Below are positions 29,756-38,474 of a stretch of DNA of 64,000 nt, piece by piece. The notes below the pieces were generated by a model, which did not search any database, was not told where the DNA came from, and saw only the letters and a program-made list of their open reading frames with translations. Made by a program: the position numbers and the translations under genes. The stretch is from a bacterium (GTDB taxonomy: Bacteria; Myxococcota_A; Bradymonadia; REDH01). The stretch spans positions 16 to 64,015 of the forward strand of contig JAUICO010000006.1 in the NCBI GenBank assembly GCA_030427825.1, written 5' to 3'. Numbering within the stretch: the stretch's first letter is position 1; every line of letters begins with the position of its first letter.

Positions 29756-32149
29756 TCAGTTTGCCGGGTAGACGATGGCTTCAGAGACCTTGGCGATGCG
29801 GTCGATCACCAGGTTCTGGTAGGTCAGCTCATCGTCACCGGTGGTCGACACCCGGCCGGTCATGTGTTGCGCCCACTGCGTGCGAATGTGCTGTGTGAGC
29901 TCGCCCACCGTGATCGTTCCATCGGTGGGAAACACATCTGCGTCGCCGGCGAGGCCGGTGCGGATAAAGTGTGACAGGTAGCCGCCGGCTTCGAAGTTCT
30001 CTGCGACGAGTGAGATGACGTCTTCTTCAGAGGAGAAAATGCCGACGCGGTTTGGCTCGGTGACGAGGTCGCGGGCGAAGCCGCCGGAGAAGCACGCGTC
30101 CATCGCGATGATCTCCAGACGTGCATCGACAGGTTCCAACCACAGCGCCAGCTCGTCGTCATTGATGTGCCCGTCGCGAACATACATGGACTCGTCGCGT
30201 CCATCGGGTTCGCCTTCGTCTCCGGTGTCGCGCTGACCACCGTGCCCTGAGTAGAAGAAGAGGAAGGTGTCGTCGGGACCCACCTGCGCGGCGACGTCCG
30301 CGATTGCGCTCTGCAGGGCGTCACGGGTAACCTCGGCGTCGGTCAGCACCACACTCTCCGGTGCAAGAATGCCGGTCTCGGCCAACGAGCCGTGCAGCTT
30401 GGTCGCGTCGTCTGCGCAGTACGCCAGTGAGCTCTGGTCGACGTACTCGGTGATGCCGGCGATGACCGCGTAGATCTGCCCGCCGGGTCGTCCGTTCGTG
30501 ATGGAGGTCGCGAGAGCGCCCGTTGCCGGCACGCCGTCACTGATCGAGATTCGGTAGCTGCCGGTCTGCCCGGCACCGTACGAGGTGACAAAAACCTTCA
30601 TCAGTGTTCCGTCCGCTGCGACGCCGATCCGCGAGTTGTAGTTGCCCGGCTCCGCGTCGTCGTTTGCATCCGAGTAGCCGATGTCGGATTCGACAAGGAC
30701 GTAGGTATCGAAGTCGTCGGACTCCAGGTCGATCGTCAGCGCGGTGCCTGCGGGAGCCTGCACGGTGTACACATCGTAAAACTCACCGCTGGTGAAGGAC
30801 GGCTCGCTGCCGTCGAGAGTACCCGCGATCACATCGCCCACACGCAGGTCTGCGCCGGTTTCCGCAGGTACGCCGGTGGGCTCCTCTGTCAGCGCCGTGA
30901 TCAACCCGCCGCGTTGCAGGCTGAGGTTGAACGCTCCCGCCTCTTCGATCTCGTAGCTTGAGGCGATGATGTTCCATGCGCCCGATGTCGGGAGCACGTA
31001 GTCGATGCGGCTGTTGAAGTTGTCGACAGCCACGTCATCGTTCTCGGTGCCGCGGCCGTCGGGGCCCTGCAGAAAGAGGTAGGTGTCGAAGTCTGCTGAC
31101 GACAGATCGATGACCACGCGTTCGCCGGCGTGACCGGTAAAGGTGAAGCTCTCGACGCTCTGGCCTGTGGCACGTGTGGCGTCGCCGCCGTCGAGTTCAC
31201 CGGTCAGCGATTCGCCGTATGCGATCGCCGTAGCGCCGGAGGTCGCCGTCGGCTCTGCCTGCAGCGCGACGTCTTCCCGGTAGGCGCTGAGAGCGTAGGT
31301 ACCGCCGGTGGTTGAATCGTAGGGCCTGACAGTCAGGTAATAGGTGCCCGACTCCGGCGCGACAAAGCTCGCCCGGCTGTTTGTGCCCTGTCCGGGCGCG
31401 TCGTCGTTCGCGGTTGCAAAGCCGCCCGGTCCGTCGATCTCGACCACCGTGTCGAAGGCGTCCGAGCTCGCGACGACGACCACGCTCTGCCCGCCATCCA
31501 GTGCGACGGCCCAGCGGTCCATGGCGCCGCCGGAGATGTGGGTTGCATCCCCCTCATCGAGGCTGCCGGCCACGTCGGCGCCCAGCTCGAGAGCCATGGC
31601 GGGTGTGGGCGCCGGCAGTGCCATTTCGGCCGACGACAGAACGTAGCTTCCGGTCTCTCCGGGTGCGTAGCTGGTGACTTCGACGATATAGGCAGCGGTT
31701 TGCGGCAGTCGCACCCGTAGCCGTGCGTTGACGTTGTCGTGGCCACGGTCGTCGTTGAATTCCATGTAGCCGCCGGGTCCGCGTATCACGAGCCAGGTGT
31801 CGAACTCGTCCGAGTCGGCATCGAGAATCAGAACCTGGCCTGCGCGTCCGACGAAAGAGTAGCGATCCATGTACTCGCCGGTGTCGTAGGTCGGGTCGCC
31901 GTCTGCGAGGCTGCCCGCTACGCGCTCCGCGTCGGAGCCGCCGATGGCCAGCGGGATCGCTGAGGTACGGAGTTCCTCGATGAGGGGATCGGTGACCTCG
32001 GGAACCAACTCGGCGACCTCGACGACTGACTGTATGCCGTCGTCAACAGCTGCGCCCGGCGTCTCCGTGGCCTGGTTGCCGCCACAGGCGGCGATAGCGA
32101 GCGCGCCGCTGAGGGCGATGGCGCCCCGGATGATGCGATGGGTCGTCAT
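29756..32149 (-). CDS. Lipoprotein with 4-5 pre-peptidase C-terminal (PPC)-like repeats and a C-terminal peptidase C14 (orthocaspase) domain. Start reset to the ATG at 32149.
   Basis: MTTHRIIRGAIALSGALAIAACGG (lipobox), preceded by a GGAG RBS. Repeats of ~95 aa (LDxGD.T...G...D.Y.......V.I.L.S.DFDT.L.....G............N.R......GTY...V.SY....G.Y.LS). C-terminal FFYSGHG and IIAMDACFSGG form a caspase-type His/Cys dyad. Confidence 0.7.
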   Translation of the reverse strand: MTTHRIIRGAIALSGALAIAACGGNQATETPGAAVDDGIQSVVEVAELVPEVTDPLIEELRTSAIPLAIGGSDAERVAGSLADGDPTYDTGEYMDRYSFVGRAGQVLILDADSDEFDTWLVIRGPGGYMEFNDDRGHDNVNARLRVRLPQTAAYIVEVTSYAPGETGSYVLSSAEMALPAPTPAMALELGADVAGSLDEGDATHISGGAMDRWAVALDGGQSVVVVASSDAFDTVVEIDGPGGFATANDDAPGQGTNSRASFVAPESGTYYLTVRPYDSTTGGTYALSAYREDVALQAEPTATSGATAIAYGESLTGELDGGDATRATGQSVESFTFTGHAGERVVIDLSSADFDTYLFLQGPDGRGTENDDVAVDNFNSRIDYVLPTSGAWNIIASSYEIEEAGAFNLSLQRGGLITALTEEPTGVPAETGADLRVGDVIAGTLDGSEPSFTSGEFYDVYTVQAPAGTALTIDLESDDFDTYVLVESDIGYSDANDDAEPGNYNSRIGVAADGTLMKVFVTSYGAGQTGSYRISISDGVPATGALATSITNGRPGGQIYAVIAGITEYVDQSSLAYCADDATKLHGSLAETGILAPESVVLTDAEVTRDALQSAIADVAAQVGPDDTFLFFYSGHGGQRDTGDEGEPDGRDESMYVRDGHINDDELALWLEPVDARLEIIAMDACFSGGFARDLVTEPNRVGIFSSEEDVISLVAENFEAGGYLSHFIRTGLAGDADVFPTDGTITVGELTQHIRTQWAQHMTGRVSTTGDDELTYQNLVIDRIAKVSEAIVYPAN

Positions 32150-32284
32150 TTGTGTCTCCTGGGATGTAGCGACTGCACATCGAATCGATGCGTAGTCAGC
32201 GACGGGTGTACTGCGATCGCCGGAGCCGCGACTCCGTTGATGTCTTCTACTGACGCGCGAAACTGCAGAGCATTCTGCACGGAC

Positions 32285-32315
32285 GCTTTGGGGAAGCAAG
32301 AAGGCAGCTTCCCTG
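32285..32315 (-). terminator. Possible hairpin terminator after the cox-III/IV pair.
   Basis: GGGAAGC-9 nt-GCTTCCC perfect 7-bp stem, ~70 nt downstream of the subunit-IV stop. There is no U-tract, so it is weak. Confidence 0.25.
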
Positions 32316-32383
32316 GAGCCCGGCGGCGCCCGGCCCTGCAGCGGATCGTCTCGCGTTGCGCAGACTCCGGCGCGTGCCTGCCC

Positions 32384-32650
32384 TCAGGAGATCAGCGCCG
32401 CAATCAACGCGACGCCGAGGGCAACGAAGGTCGCACAATGCAGAGCGAGAGCCACGCGAGATGCCCGGAGGAGACCCATGAAGACGGCGCCGACGAGCAG
32501 GCACTTCGCGATGGCCATCGAGAGAATCGGGAGCGCGCCGGATGCCTCCGCAGCGACGCGCTGATCGACGAAATACATCGAGAAGGTCAGCGCCACGAGG
32601 ACGATCCACGTCACATCCACAAGGCGCGCATTGGCTCGTGCCGCGTTCAT
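32384..32650 (-). CDS. Small two-helix membrane protein, prokaryotic cytochrome-oxidase subunit IV-like.
   Basis: 88 aa, two TM helices. The ATG overlaps the subunit III stop as ATGA, which is the same arrangement as caa3-type coxIII-coxIV. Confidence 0.5.
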   Translation of the reverse strand: MNAARANARLVDVTWIVLVALTFSMYFVDQRVAAEASGALPILSMAIAKCLLVGAVFMGLLRASRVALALHCATFVALGVALIAALIS

Positions 32651-33252
32651 TGCGCCCCGACGAGATAGAGGAGGGGAAAGAGTAATATCCAGATCAGGTC
32701 GACGAGATGCCAGTACGTTGCGGTCGCTTCGACGGCGCCGGCATTCTCGGCGTAGGCATCCAATCGGCGCACCTTCCATGCCATCATGGCGGCAAACACG
32801 ATGCCGAAGAGCACGTGCATCAGGTGCATCAGGGTCAGGAAGATGTAGTAGAACCAGTAGTTGTTGGTCGACATCGTGATGCCGCCTTCCAGGGTGTGGC
32901 CATACTCCGCAAACTTGATGACGGTGAACACAACGCCCGACAGCGCGGTACCGACAAGCCATGCAGCTGCCGGCCGGCGCTCTTCGATCGCCAGCGCAGC
33001 GCGCGCCACCATCCAGCTGCCGGTCAGAAGCACTGCCGTATTGATGGTTCCGGACAGCACAGGGAGCGTCGCCTGTGAATCTCTATAGATGTCGGGGTCC
33101 GCAGAGTATCCTGCGGCATATGCGACGAAAAACATGGCGAATGTGAGCAGCTCGGCGACAACAACAATCCAAATGACTGTGCCGCCGGGGAGCGCATCCC
33201 ACCAGTGCGCGTTTTTCTGGTTTTCGTTTCTATTCTCGATAGTTGCGGACAT
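32647..33252 (-). CDS. Haem-copper oxidase subunit III family protein (Cox3/NorE-like).
   Basis: YWHLVDLIWILLFPLLY matches the YWHFVD(V/I)VWLFLY subunit III signature. 5 TM helices, 201 aa. Confidence 0.75.
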   Translation of the reverse strand: MSATIENRNENQKNAHWWDALPGGTVIWIVVVAELLTFAMFFVAYAAGYSADPDIYRDSQATLPVLSGTINTAVLLTGSWMVARAALAIEERRPAAAWLVGTALSGVVFTVIKFAEYGHTLEGGITMSTNNYWFYYIFLTLMHLMHVLFGIVFAAMMAWKVRRLDAYAENAGAVEATATYWHLVDLIWILLFPLLYLVGAQ

Positions 33253-33382
33253 TCAGTCTGCTGTGTGCGCTGGTGTTGGTTGCGACGTTCGAAGCGAATT
33301 TCGATCTGCACGTCGTCCAACGTTCCACACAGCCAAACAAATGACGAGGGCCATTGCAAGTATGCGCGGCCGCGATTTCCGC

Positions 33383-35896
33383 CTACTTGATGATCAAGTT
33401 CAGAATACGCCCGGGGACGTAGATCTCCTTCACCAGGTTGCCCGCTTCAAGCAGGGGCTTCACGCGGGGCAGCTCTCGGGCAGCTGCCATAGCTTCGTCC
33501 TTGTCGGCGCCGGCAGAGATCTCGATGGTGCCTCTGGTTTTGCCCATGACCTGTACCGCGATCGTAATCGTGTCGGCAACCAGCAGGGCCTCGTCGACTG
33601 CGGGCCACTCCTCGTATGCGAGCGTGTCTGTGTGCCCAAGTCGAGACCACACTTCTTCGGCGAGGTGCGGCGCAAAGGGAGCCAACAGCAGGGTGAAGCG
33701 CTCAGCGATGGCGTGTGGAATCCGCTTCCACTTGTAAAGCGCGTTGAGCGCTTCGATCAATGCCGCGATCGCCGTGTTGAAGCGCATCTCTTCGATGTCG
33801 TCGGCCACTTTCTGTGTGGCAGCGTGCAGAAGACGCTCCTCGTCTTTTGTCGCTTCTACGTTCTGCACTTTGTCTGAGAGCCCGTCCTCTGAAGCAAACA
33901 GGCGCCACACACGAGACAGGAACCGGTACATGCCGCGGACACCGTCGGTCTGCCACGGTTTGGTTGCGTCCAGGGGTCCCATGTACATTTCGTAGAGACG
34001 CAGGGAGTCGGCGCCGTACTCGTTGATCACGTCGTCCGGGTTGGCGACGTTGAGTTTGGACTTGGACATCTTCTCGACCTGAGAGATCAGCTTTGTGTCC
34101 GTCCCTTTCAGGTAGAAGTCGCCGTCGCGCTCCTCGGTATCGTCTACGTGGTAATACTTCCCGGCTTCGTCCTGGTACGAGAAGGCGAGGATCATCCCCT
34201 GATTGAAGAGCTTCTGGAAGGGCTCTTTGGTGGACACAAAACCGGCGTCGTAGAGCACCTTGTGCCAGAACCGGGCATACAGGAGGTGCAGCACCGCGTG
34301 TTCCGCGCCGCCTACGTACAGGTCGACGGGCATCCAGTGCTTTTCCTTCTCAGGATCCACGAACGCCTTGTCGTTGTGTGGATCGATGTAGCGCAGGTAG
34401 TACCAACACGACCCGGCCCACTGGGGCATCGTATTTGTCTCGCGCATCACCGGCTTTCCACTCACCGGGTCCACGGTCTGCACCCAACCTTCGGCGCGGG
34501 CGAGGGGCGGCTCGCCGTCGTCTGTCGGCCGATATTCTTCGAGGTGCGGCAGGGTCACCGGAAGATCGGTCTCGGGGACCGTCGTTACCGTGCCGTCCGC
34601 ATGATGCATGACCGGGAAGGGCTCGCCCCAGTAGCGCTGGCGGCTGAAGAGCCAGTCACGCAGGCGGTAGTTGACCTGCGCCTCGCCGAGCCCCTTCTCA
34701 ACGAGCCACTCGGTGATGCGAGCGCTCGCCGCCGGCACATCCAGGCCGTCGAGGATTCCGGAGTTGACCATGACGCCGTCGCCGCTCCAGGCCTCCTTCT
34801 CGATGTCGCCACCCGAGACCACCTCGATGATCGGGATGTCGTACTTCTTTGCAAACTCCCAGTCGCGGGGGTCATGGGCGGGAACCGCCATGATCGCGCC
34901 CGTGCCATAGGTGATGAGCACATAGTCGCTGATCCAGATCGGGACCGGCTCACCATTGACCGGATTCGTCGCGTAGGCGCCGGTGAAGACACCGGTCTTG
35001 TCCTTGGCCAGGTCCGTGCGTTCAAGATCTGACTTGCGTTCCGCGAGCTCGATGTACGCGTCTACGGCCTCGCGTTGCTCCGGCGTGGTCAGCGTCTTCA
35101 CCAGATCATGCTCCGGTGCGAGCACCATGTAGGTACAGCCGAACAGGGTGTCCGGTCGCGTCGTGTAGACCCGCAGCGTCTCATCGCCGGGCAGGGCGAA
35201 GTCGACCTCGGCGCCTTCGGAGCGCCCGATCCAGTAGCGCTGCATCTCCTTGATCGACTCGGGCCAGTCGAGGTCATCGAGGTCGTCGATCAGGCGTTGT
35301 GCATATTGCGGAATGCGGAGCAGCCACTGGCGCAGGTTCCGTCGAATCACCGGATCGCCGGTCTCGACATACCGACCGTCCTGCACTTCTTCGTTGGCGA
35401 GGACGGTTCCCTGGGCCGGGCACCAGTTGACCGGCACTTCGGCTTGATAGGCCAGGCCGCGCTCATGCAGCTGTAGGAAGATCCACTGGGTCCACCGGTA
35501 GTAGGACTCATCGGTGGTGTTGATCTCGCGATCCCAGTCGTAGCTGAAGCCGAGTCGTTTGATCTGCGCCCGGAAGTTGTCGACGAACTGTTTGGTCAGC
35601 GTCGCCGGATGTTCGCCCAGACGCATGGCGGCACGCTCGGCGGGGAGTCCGAAGGCATCCCACCCCATCGGGTGCAGTACGTTGAGCCCTTTCATCCGCT
35701 TGTAGCGCGCGAGGATATCGGTGGCGGTGTAGCCTTCCGGATGACCGACGTGCAGCCCGCTCCCCGACGGGTAGGGAAACATGTCGAGGATGTAGTATTT
35801 CTCCCGCTCCGGGTCGTCTTCGGTGCGGAAGGTGCGATTGCGGTCCCAGAAGTCCTGCCATTTCGGCTCAATCACTTCAGGCTTGTAGTCGGACAT
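33383..35896 (-). CDS. leuS: Leucine--tRNA ligase.
   Basis: 837 aa. [12 protein letters not shown] (HIGH) and KMSKS motifs. Editing and anticodon-binding domains colinear with bacterial LeuS. Confidence 0.95.
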   Translation of the reverse strand: MSDYKPEVIEPKWQDFWDRNRTFRTEDDPEREKYYILDMFPYPSGSGLHVGHPEGYTATDILARYKRMKGLNVLHPMGWDAFGLPAERAAMRLGEHPATLTKQFVDNFRAQIKRLGFSYDWDREINTTDESYYRWTQWIFLQLHERGLAYQAEVPVNWCPAQGTVLANEEVQDGRYVETGDPVIRRNLRQWLLRIPQYAQRLIDDLDDLDWPESIKEMQRYWIGRSEGAEVDFALPGDETLRVYTTRPDTLFGCTYMVLAPEHDLVKTLTTPEQREAVDAYIELAERKSDLERTDLAKDKTGVFTGAYATNPVNGEPVPIWISDYVLITYGTGAIMAVPAHDPRDWEFAKKYDIPIIEVVSGGDIEKEAWSGDGVMVNSGILDGLDVPAASARITEWLVEKGLGEAQVNYRLRDWLFSRQRYWGEPFPVMHHADGTVTTVPETDLPVTLPHLEEYRPTDDGEPPLARAEGWVQTVDPVSGKPVMRETNTMPQWAGSCWYYLRYIDPHNDKAFVDPEKEKHWMPVDLYVGGAEHAVLHLLYARFWHKVLYDAGFVSTKEPFQKLFNQGMILAFSYQDEAGKYYHVDDTEERDGDFYLKGTDTKLISQVEKMSKSKLNVANPDDVINEYGADSLRLYEMYMGPLDATKPWQTDGVRGMYRFLSRVWRLFASEDGLSDKVQNVEATKDEERLLHAATQKVADDIEEMRFNTAIAALIEALNALYKWKRIPHAIAERFTLLLAPFAPHLAEEVWSRLGHTDTLAYEEWPAVDEALLVADTITIAVQVMGKTRGTIEISAGADKDEAMAAARELPRVKPLLEAGNLVKEIYVPGRILNLIIK

Positions 35897-36016
35897 CGTG
35901 TTTCTCTCCGCGCGTGGCCGTCGCTCCTGCCGAGCCGGCTCAGGTCGGTCGCCGCGCTAGCACAATGCAGGGCGCGGGCGTAAGCCCTGCGATTTCGCGA
36001 CATTGGTGCTAATGGC

Positions 36017-36763
36017 GTGCGCGTGGATGTGAACGAAAGAGTCGAAGCCGCCTGGCCCGTTGTCGCCGGGGCCGCCGGCGTGCTGATGGTGGTGCAGGTA
36101 GTGGTCGAGGCCATCGCCGACCTGAGCATCGGCGCATCGATGTGGCCGTTGCTGCTGTGCATCTCGGCCGCGATTGCACTGGTCGTCGGCATGTGGCGCC
36201 GCCAGAGTCACCTGCTCTTCGTGCTCGCGCCGAGCCTGTGCGTGCTGAGCCTCGCAGTTCTGTCGGACGATGGTAAGCAGCACATCTGGCAGCCGGGGCG
36301 CTGGATTCTCTTCTCTGTGACCGTGCTGGTCTTCGTTGCCGCAGCAGGCGTCTGGTGGTCGCACCTGGTTGAGGCCGACTCCGAAGCGGAAGTCAGGCCC
36401 GAGCGAAAGAAGGCGGCGGATCAGGCGGCGCGGGGCTTTTTGGAGTGGCGGGCAGGCGCGGCGTTGCTGCTGCTCGCGATTCCTGTCACTGATGCGGCTC
36501 TGTTCGCGCCCGTGGGCACCTCCTCAGAGATCGCGCTCCCGGCCCGAGCGCTGGTCACGCTGATCATGGCGTTCGTGTGGCTGACCGTCCTGTACTCCTT
36601 CTTCATTACGCCCATGCTCAATCTGGACGCCGAGGTAAGGACCCTTCGAATGAACCTGAGGGCGCAACGCAGGCCGGCTACCATACGCCGCCTGCGCATG
36701 GAGCTTGCGGCGATGGCTGTGATTGGTGTTGTGTGCGCCATCGTTCTTGCCGTTGTGGGATGA
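36017..36763 (+). CDS. Integral membrane protein of unknown function, first gene of the ECF sigma operon.
   Basis: 248 aa, ~6 TM helices. Its stop overlaps the next start as ATGATG. Confidence 0.45.
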   Translation: MRVDVNERVEAAWPVVAGAAGVLMVVQVVVEAIADLSIGASMWPLLLCISAAIALVVGMWRRQSHLLFVLAPSLCVLSLAVLSDDGKQHIWQPGRWILFSVTVLVFVAAAGVWWSHLVEADSEAEVRPERKKAADQAARGFLEWRAGAALLLLAIPVTDAALFAPVGTSSEIALPARALVTLIMAFVWLTVLYSFFITPMLNLDAEVRTLRMNLRAQRRPATIRRLRMELAAMAVIGVVCAIVLAVVG

Positions 36764-36975
36764 TGCCGCCACGTCTGCTGCAAATTGCGTCTCTATCGCT
36801 GATCGTCGTCGCTGTCGCGATGCTGGTCGCGACCGCCCGCATGTTGCTGAGCGGGAGCATCGTAGCCGGCGTTGTGACAGGCACGATGGCCCTCGCAACC
36901 CTGAAAGGCTCTACGGACTTCGCGCGTCTGGCCGTGTTCACCGCGACCGAAGACGATCGGGCGAACCGTGGGTGA
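36760..36975 (+). CDS. Small (71 aa) two-helix membrane protein.
   Basis: MMPPRLLQIASLSLIVVAVAMLVATARMLLSGSIVAGVVTGTMALATL. Translationally coupled on both sides. Confidence 0.35.
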   Translation: MMPPRLLQIASLSLIVVAVAMLVATARMLLSGSIVAGVVTGTMALATLKGSTDFARLAVFTATEDDRANRG

Positions 36976-37516
36976 GGCGCCCTCTGACGAGGACCTGGTC
37001 AGGGCATGGATTGGCGGCGATGAGGCCGCGTTTCGCGCACTCTATGAACGATACGCCCCGCAGCTGACACGAATCATGCGCCGCACCGTGTCCCGCGAGC
37101 AGGACATCCAGGACATCGTGCAGCAAACCTTCCTGAACGTGCACCGAGCCCGAAAGGACTTCGACTTGAAGCGCCGTTTCCGCCCCTGGATCATGACCAT
37201 CGCGCTGAACGTAAAGCGCGAGCACTTTCGGCGGAAGCAGCGCAGACCCGAGCACGAGATGCCGGAGTATGATCTTCCGGATCAGGGTGATGGCGACACA
37301 GCACACTCGCGTCTCGAAAGAATGGCTGAGGCCGAAGCGGTACGCGCGGCCCTCGCGACTCTCTCTGAAGGACAGCGGACCGTGATCGAGCTGCACTGGT
37401 TCGGCGAGAACTCCTTTGCTGAGGTCGCAGAGATCGTGGGCGCGAACGTGAGCGCGGTGAAGGTGCGCGCGCACAGAGGCTACAAGCAGCTCAGGATGCT
37501 GTTGGTGAAACAGTAG
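36968..37516 (+). CDS. ECF-type RNA polymerase sigma factor (sigma-70 family, group 4).
   Basis: Sigma-2 region (DIVQQTFLNVHRARKDF) and sigma-4 HTH region (FAEVAEIVGANVSAVKVRAHRGYKQLR). 182 aa, GTG start. Confidence 0.85.
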   Translation: MGEAPSDEDLVRAWIGGDEAAFRALYERYAPQLTRIMRRTVSREQDIQDIVQQTFLNVHRARKDFDLKRRFRPWIMTIALNVKREHFRRKQRRPEHEMPEYDLPDQGDGDTAHSRLERMAEAEAVRAALATLSEGQRTVIELHWFGENSFAEVAEIVGANVSAVKVRAHRGYKQLRMLLVKQ

Positions 37517-37651
37517 GGGGATCGTGACGCGACGACGCGCGCAAAACGTAGCTGAATTGACGACCCCATCGCGGGCGAACTTAGGTGTGACCGTGTGGTC
37601 ACGGGTGGCATACTGCCGGACGCACCCTCGTCGGGGCTCAGGACCGATTGA

Positions 37652-38392
37652 TTGATGAATGAAGACTTCGACATAGACCGCGAGCTGCAGGAGCTTGTCA
37701 GCGGATCCCCGGAGATCGGCGGAGACCTCGGTCTCAAGTGCGCCGATATCGATGCCGGCTTCGCCCGGCTGCAACTCGAGGTGGCCGGGGACCCGAAACT
37801 GCGCTCGCTTTCGACGACGACGCGAATCGCGATCATCGGCGGAACCGCCGTGGCTTCGCTGCTCTTCGCCGCGGCGGCCATGGGTCGCCTTGACCTCGGC
37901 GATCTGCTGACCAGCGCCGACATCCTCTTCACCCTCAGCCTGGTGGCCGCCGGGCTCGTGGCGCTACTGCTCTCGGTGCGCCCTATGCATCGACCGCCCC
38001 TCGATCCCCGGGTGATGCTCGGCGTTGCCGGTCTGCTGGCAGTTGGCGTGCCCCTGTTTCACGCGCTCGTCCCACACACTACCGGCAGCCACGTCTCGAT
38101 GGGCGGCGCGTCACACGCCTTCGGTTGCCTGGCCAGAGGGTTCGCCGTGGCGCTGCCGACGCTGATTGTCGCCCGCGTGCTCGACCGGGGAGGGCACGGG
38201 GGAACAAGCTCTGCCGGCTTCGCCGCCATCGCCGCCGGCGCGACCGGACTCGCCGCGTTGGATCTTTCGTGCTCGCTGGTGTCCGTAGAACACATCGTGT
38301 TGGGCCACGCACCGTTGATCGTCGCGTTGCTGCTGGCGTACCTCGGCCTGTCGCGGCTTGGCCGGCCGCTATCTGCGAGACGTGCCACATAG
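37652..38392 (+). CDS. Putative membrane anti-sigma factor (DUF1109/NrsF-like).
   Basis: It is immediately downstream of the ECF sigma. Short cytoplasmic N-terminus followed by ~6 TM helices. The assignment is by position. Confidence 0.45.
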   Translation: MMNEDFDIDRELQELVSGSPEIGGDLGLKCADIDAGFARLQLEVAGDPKLRSLSTTTRIAIIGGTAVASLLFAAAAMGRLDLGDLLTSADILFTLSLVAAGLVALLLSVRPMHRPPLDPRVMLGVAGLLAVGVPLFHALVPHTTGSHVSMGGASHAFGCLARGFAVALPTLIVARVLDRGGHGGTSSAGFAAIAAGATGLAALDLSCSLVSVEHIVLGHAPLIVALLLAYLGLSRLGRPLSARRAT

Positions 38393-38474
38393 AGAGCACC
38401 TGCCCGTCCCGTGAGCGACTGCGTGGGCACCGGTGCGCGCATCGGGCCACAGCTGACGACGTCCGCGACTGAGC

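Noticed and set aside
32384-32962. 192-aa ORF 32384..32962 (-)
   Set aside because: Only its last 88 codons (from the ATG at 32650) are plausible, as the subunit-IV-like protein. The upstream part overlaps cox-III in another frame.
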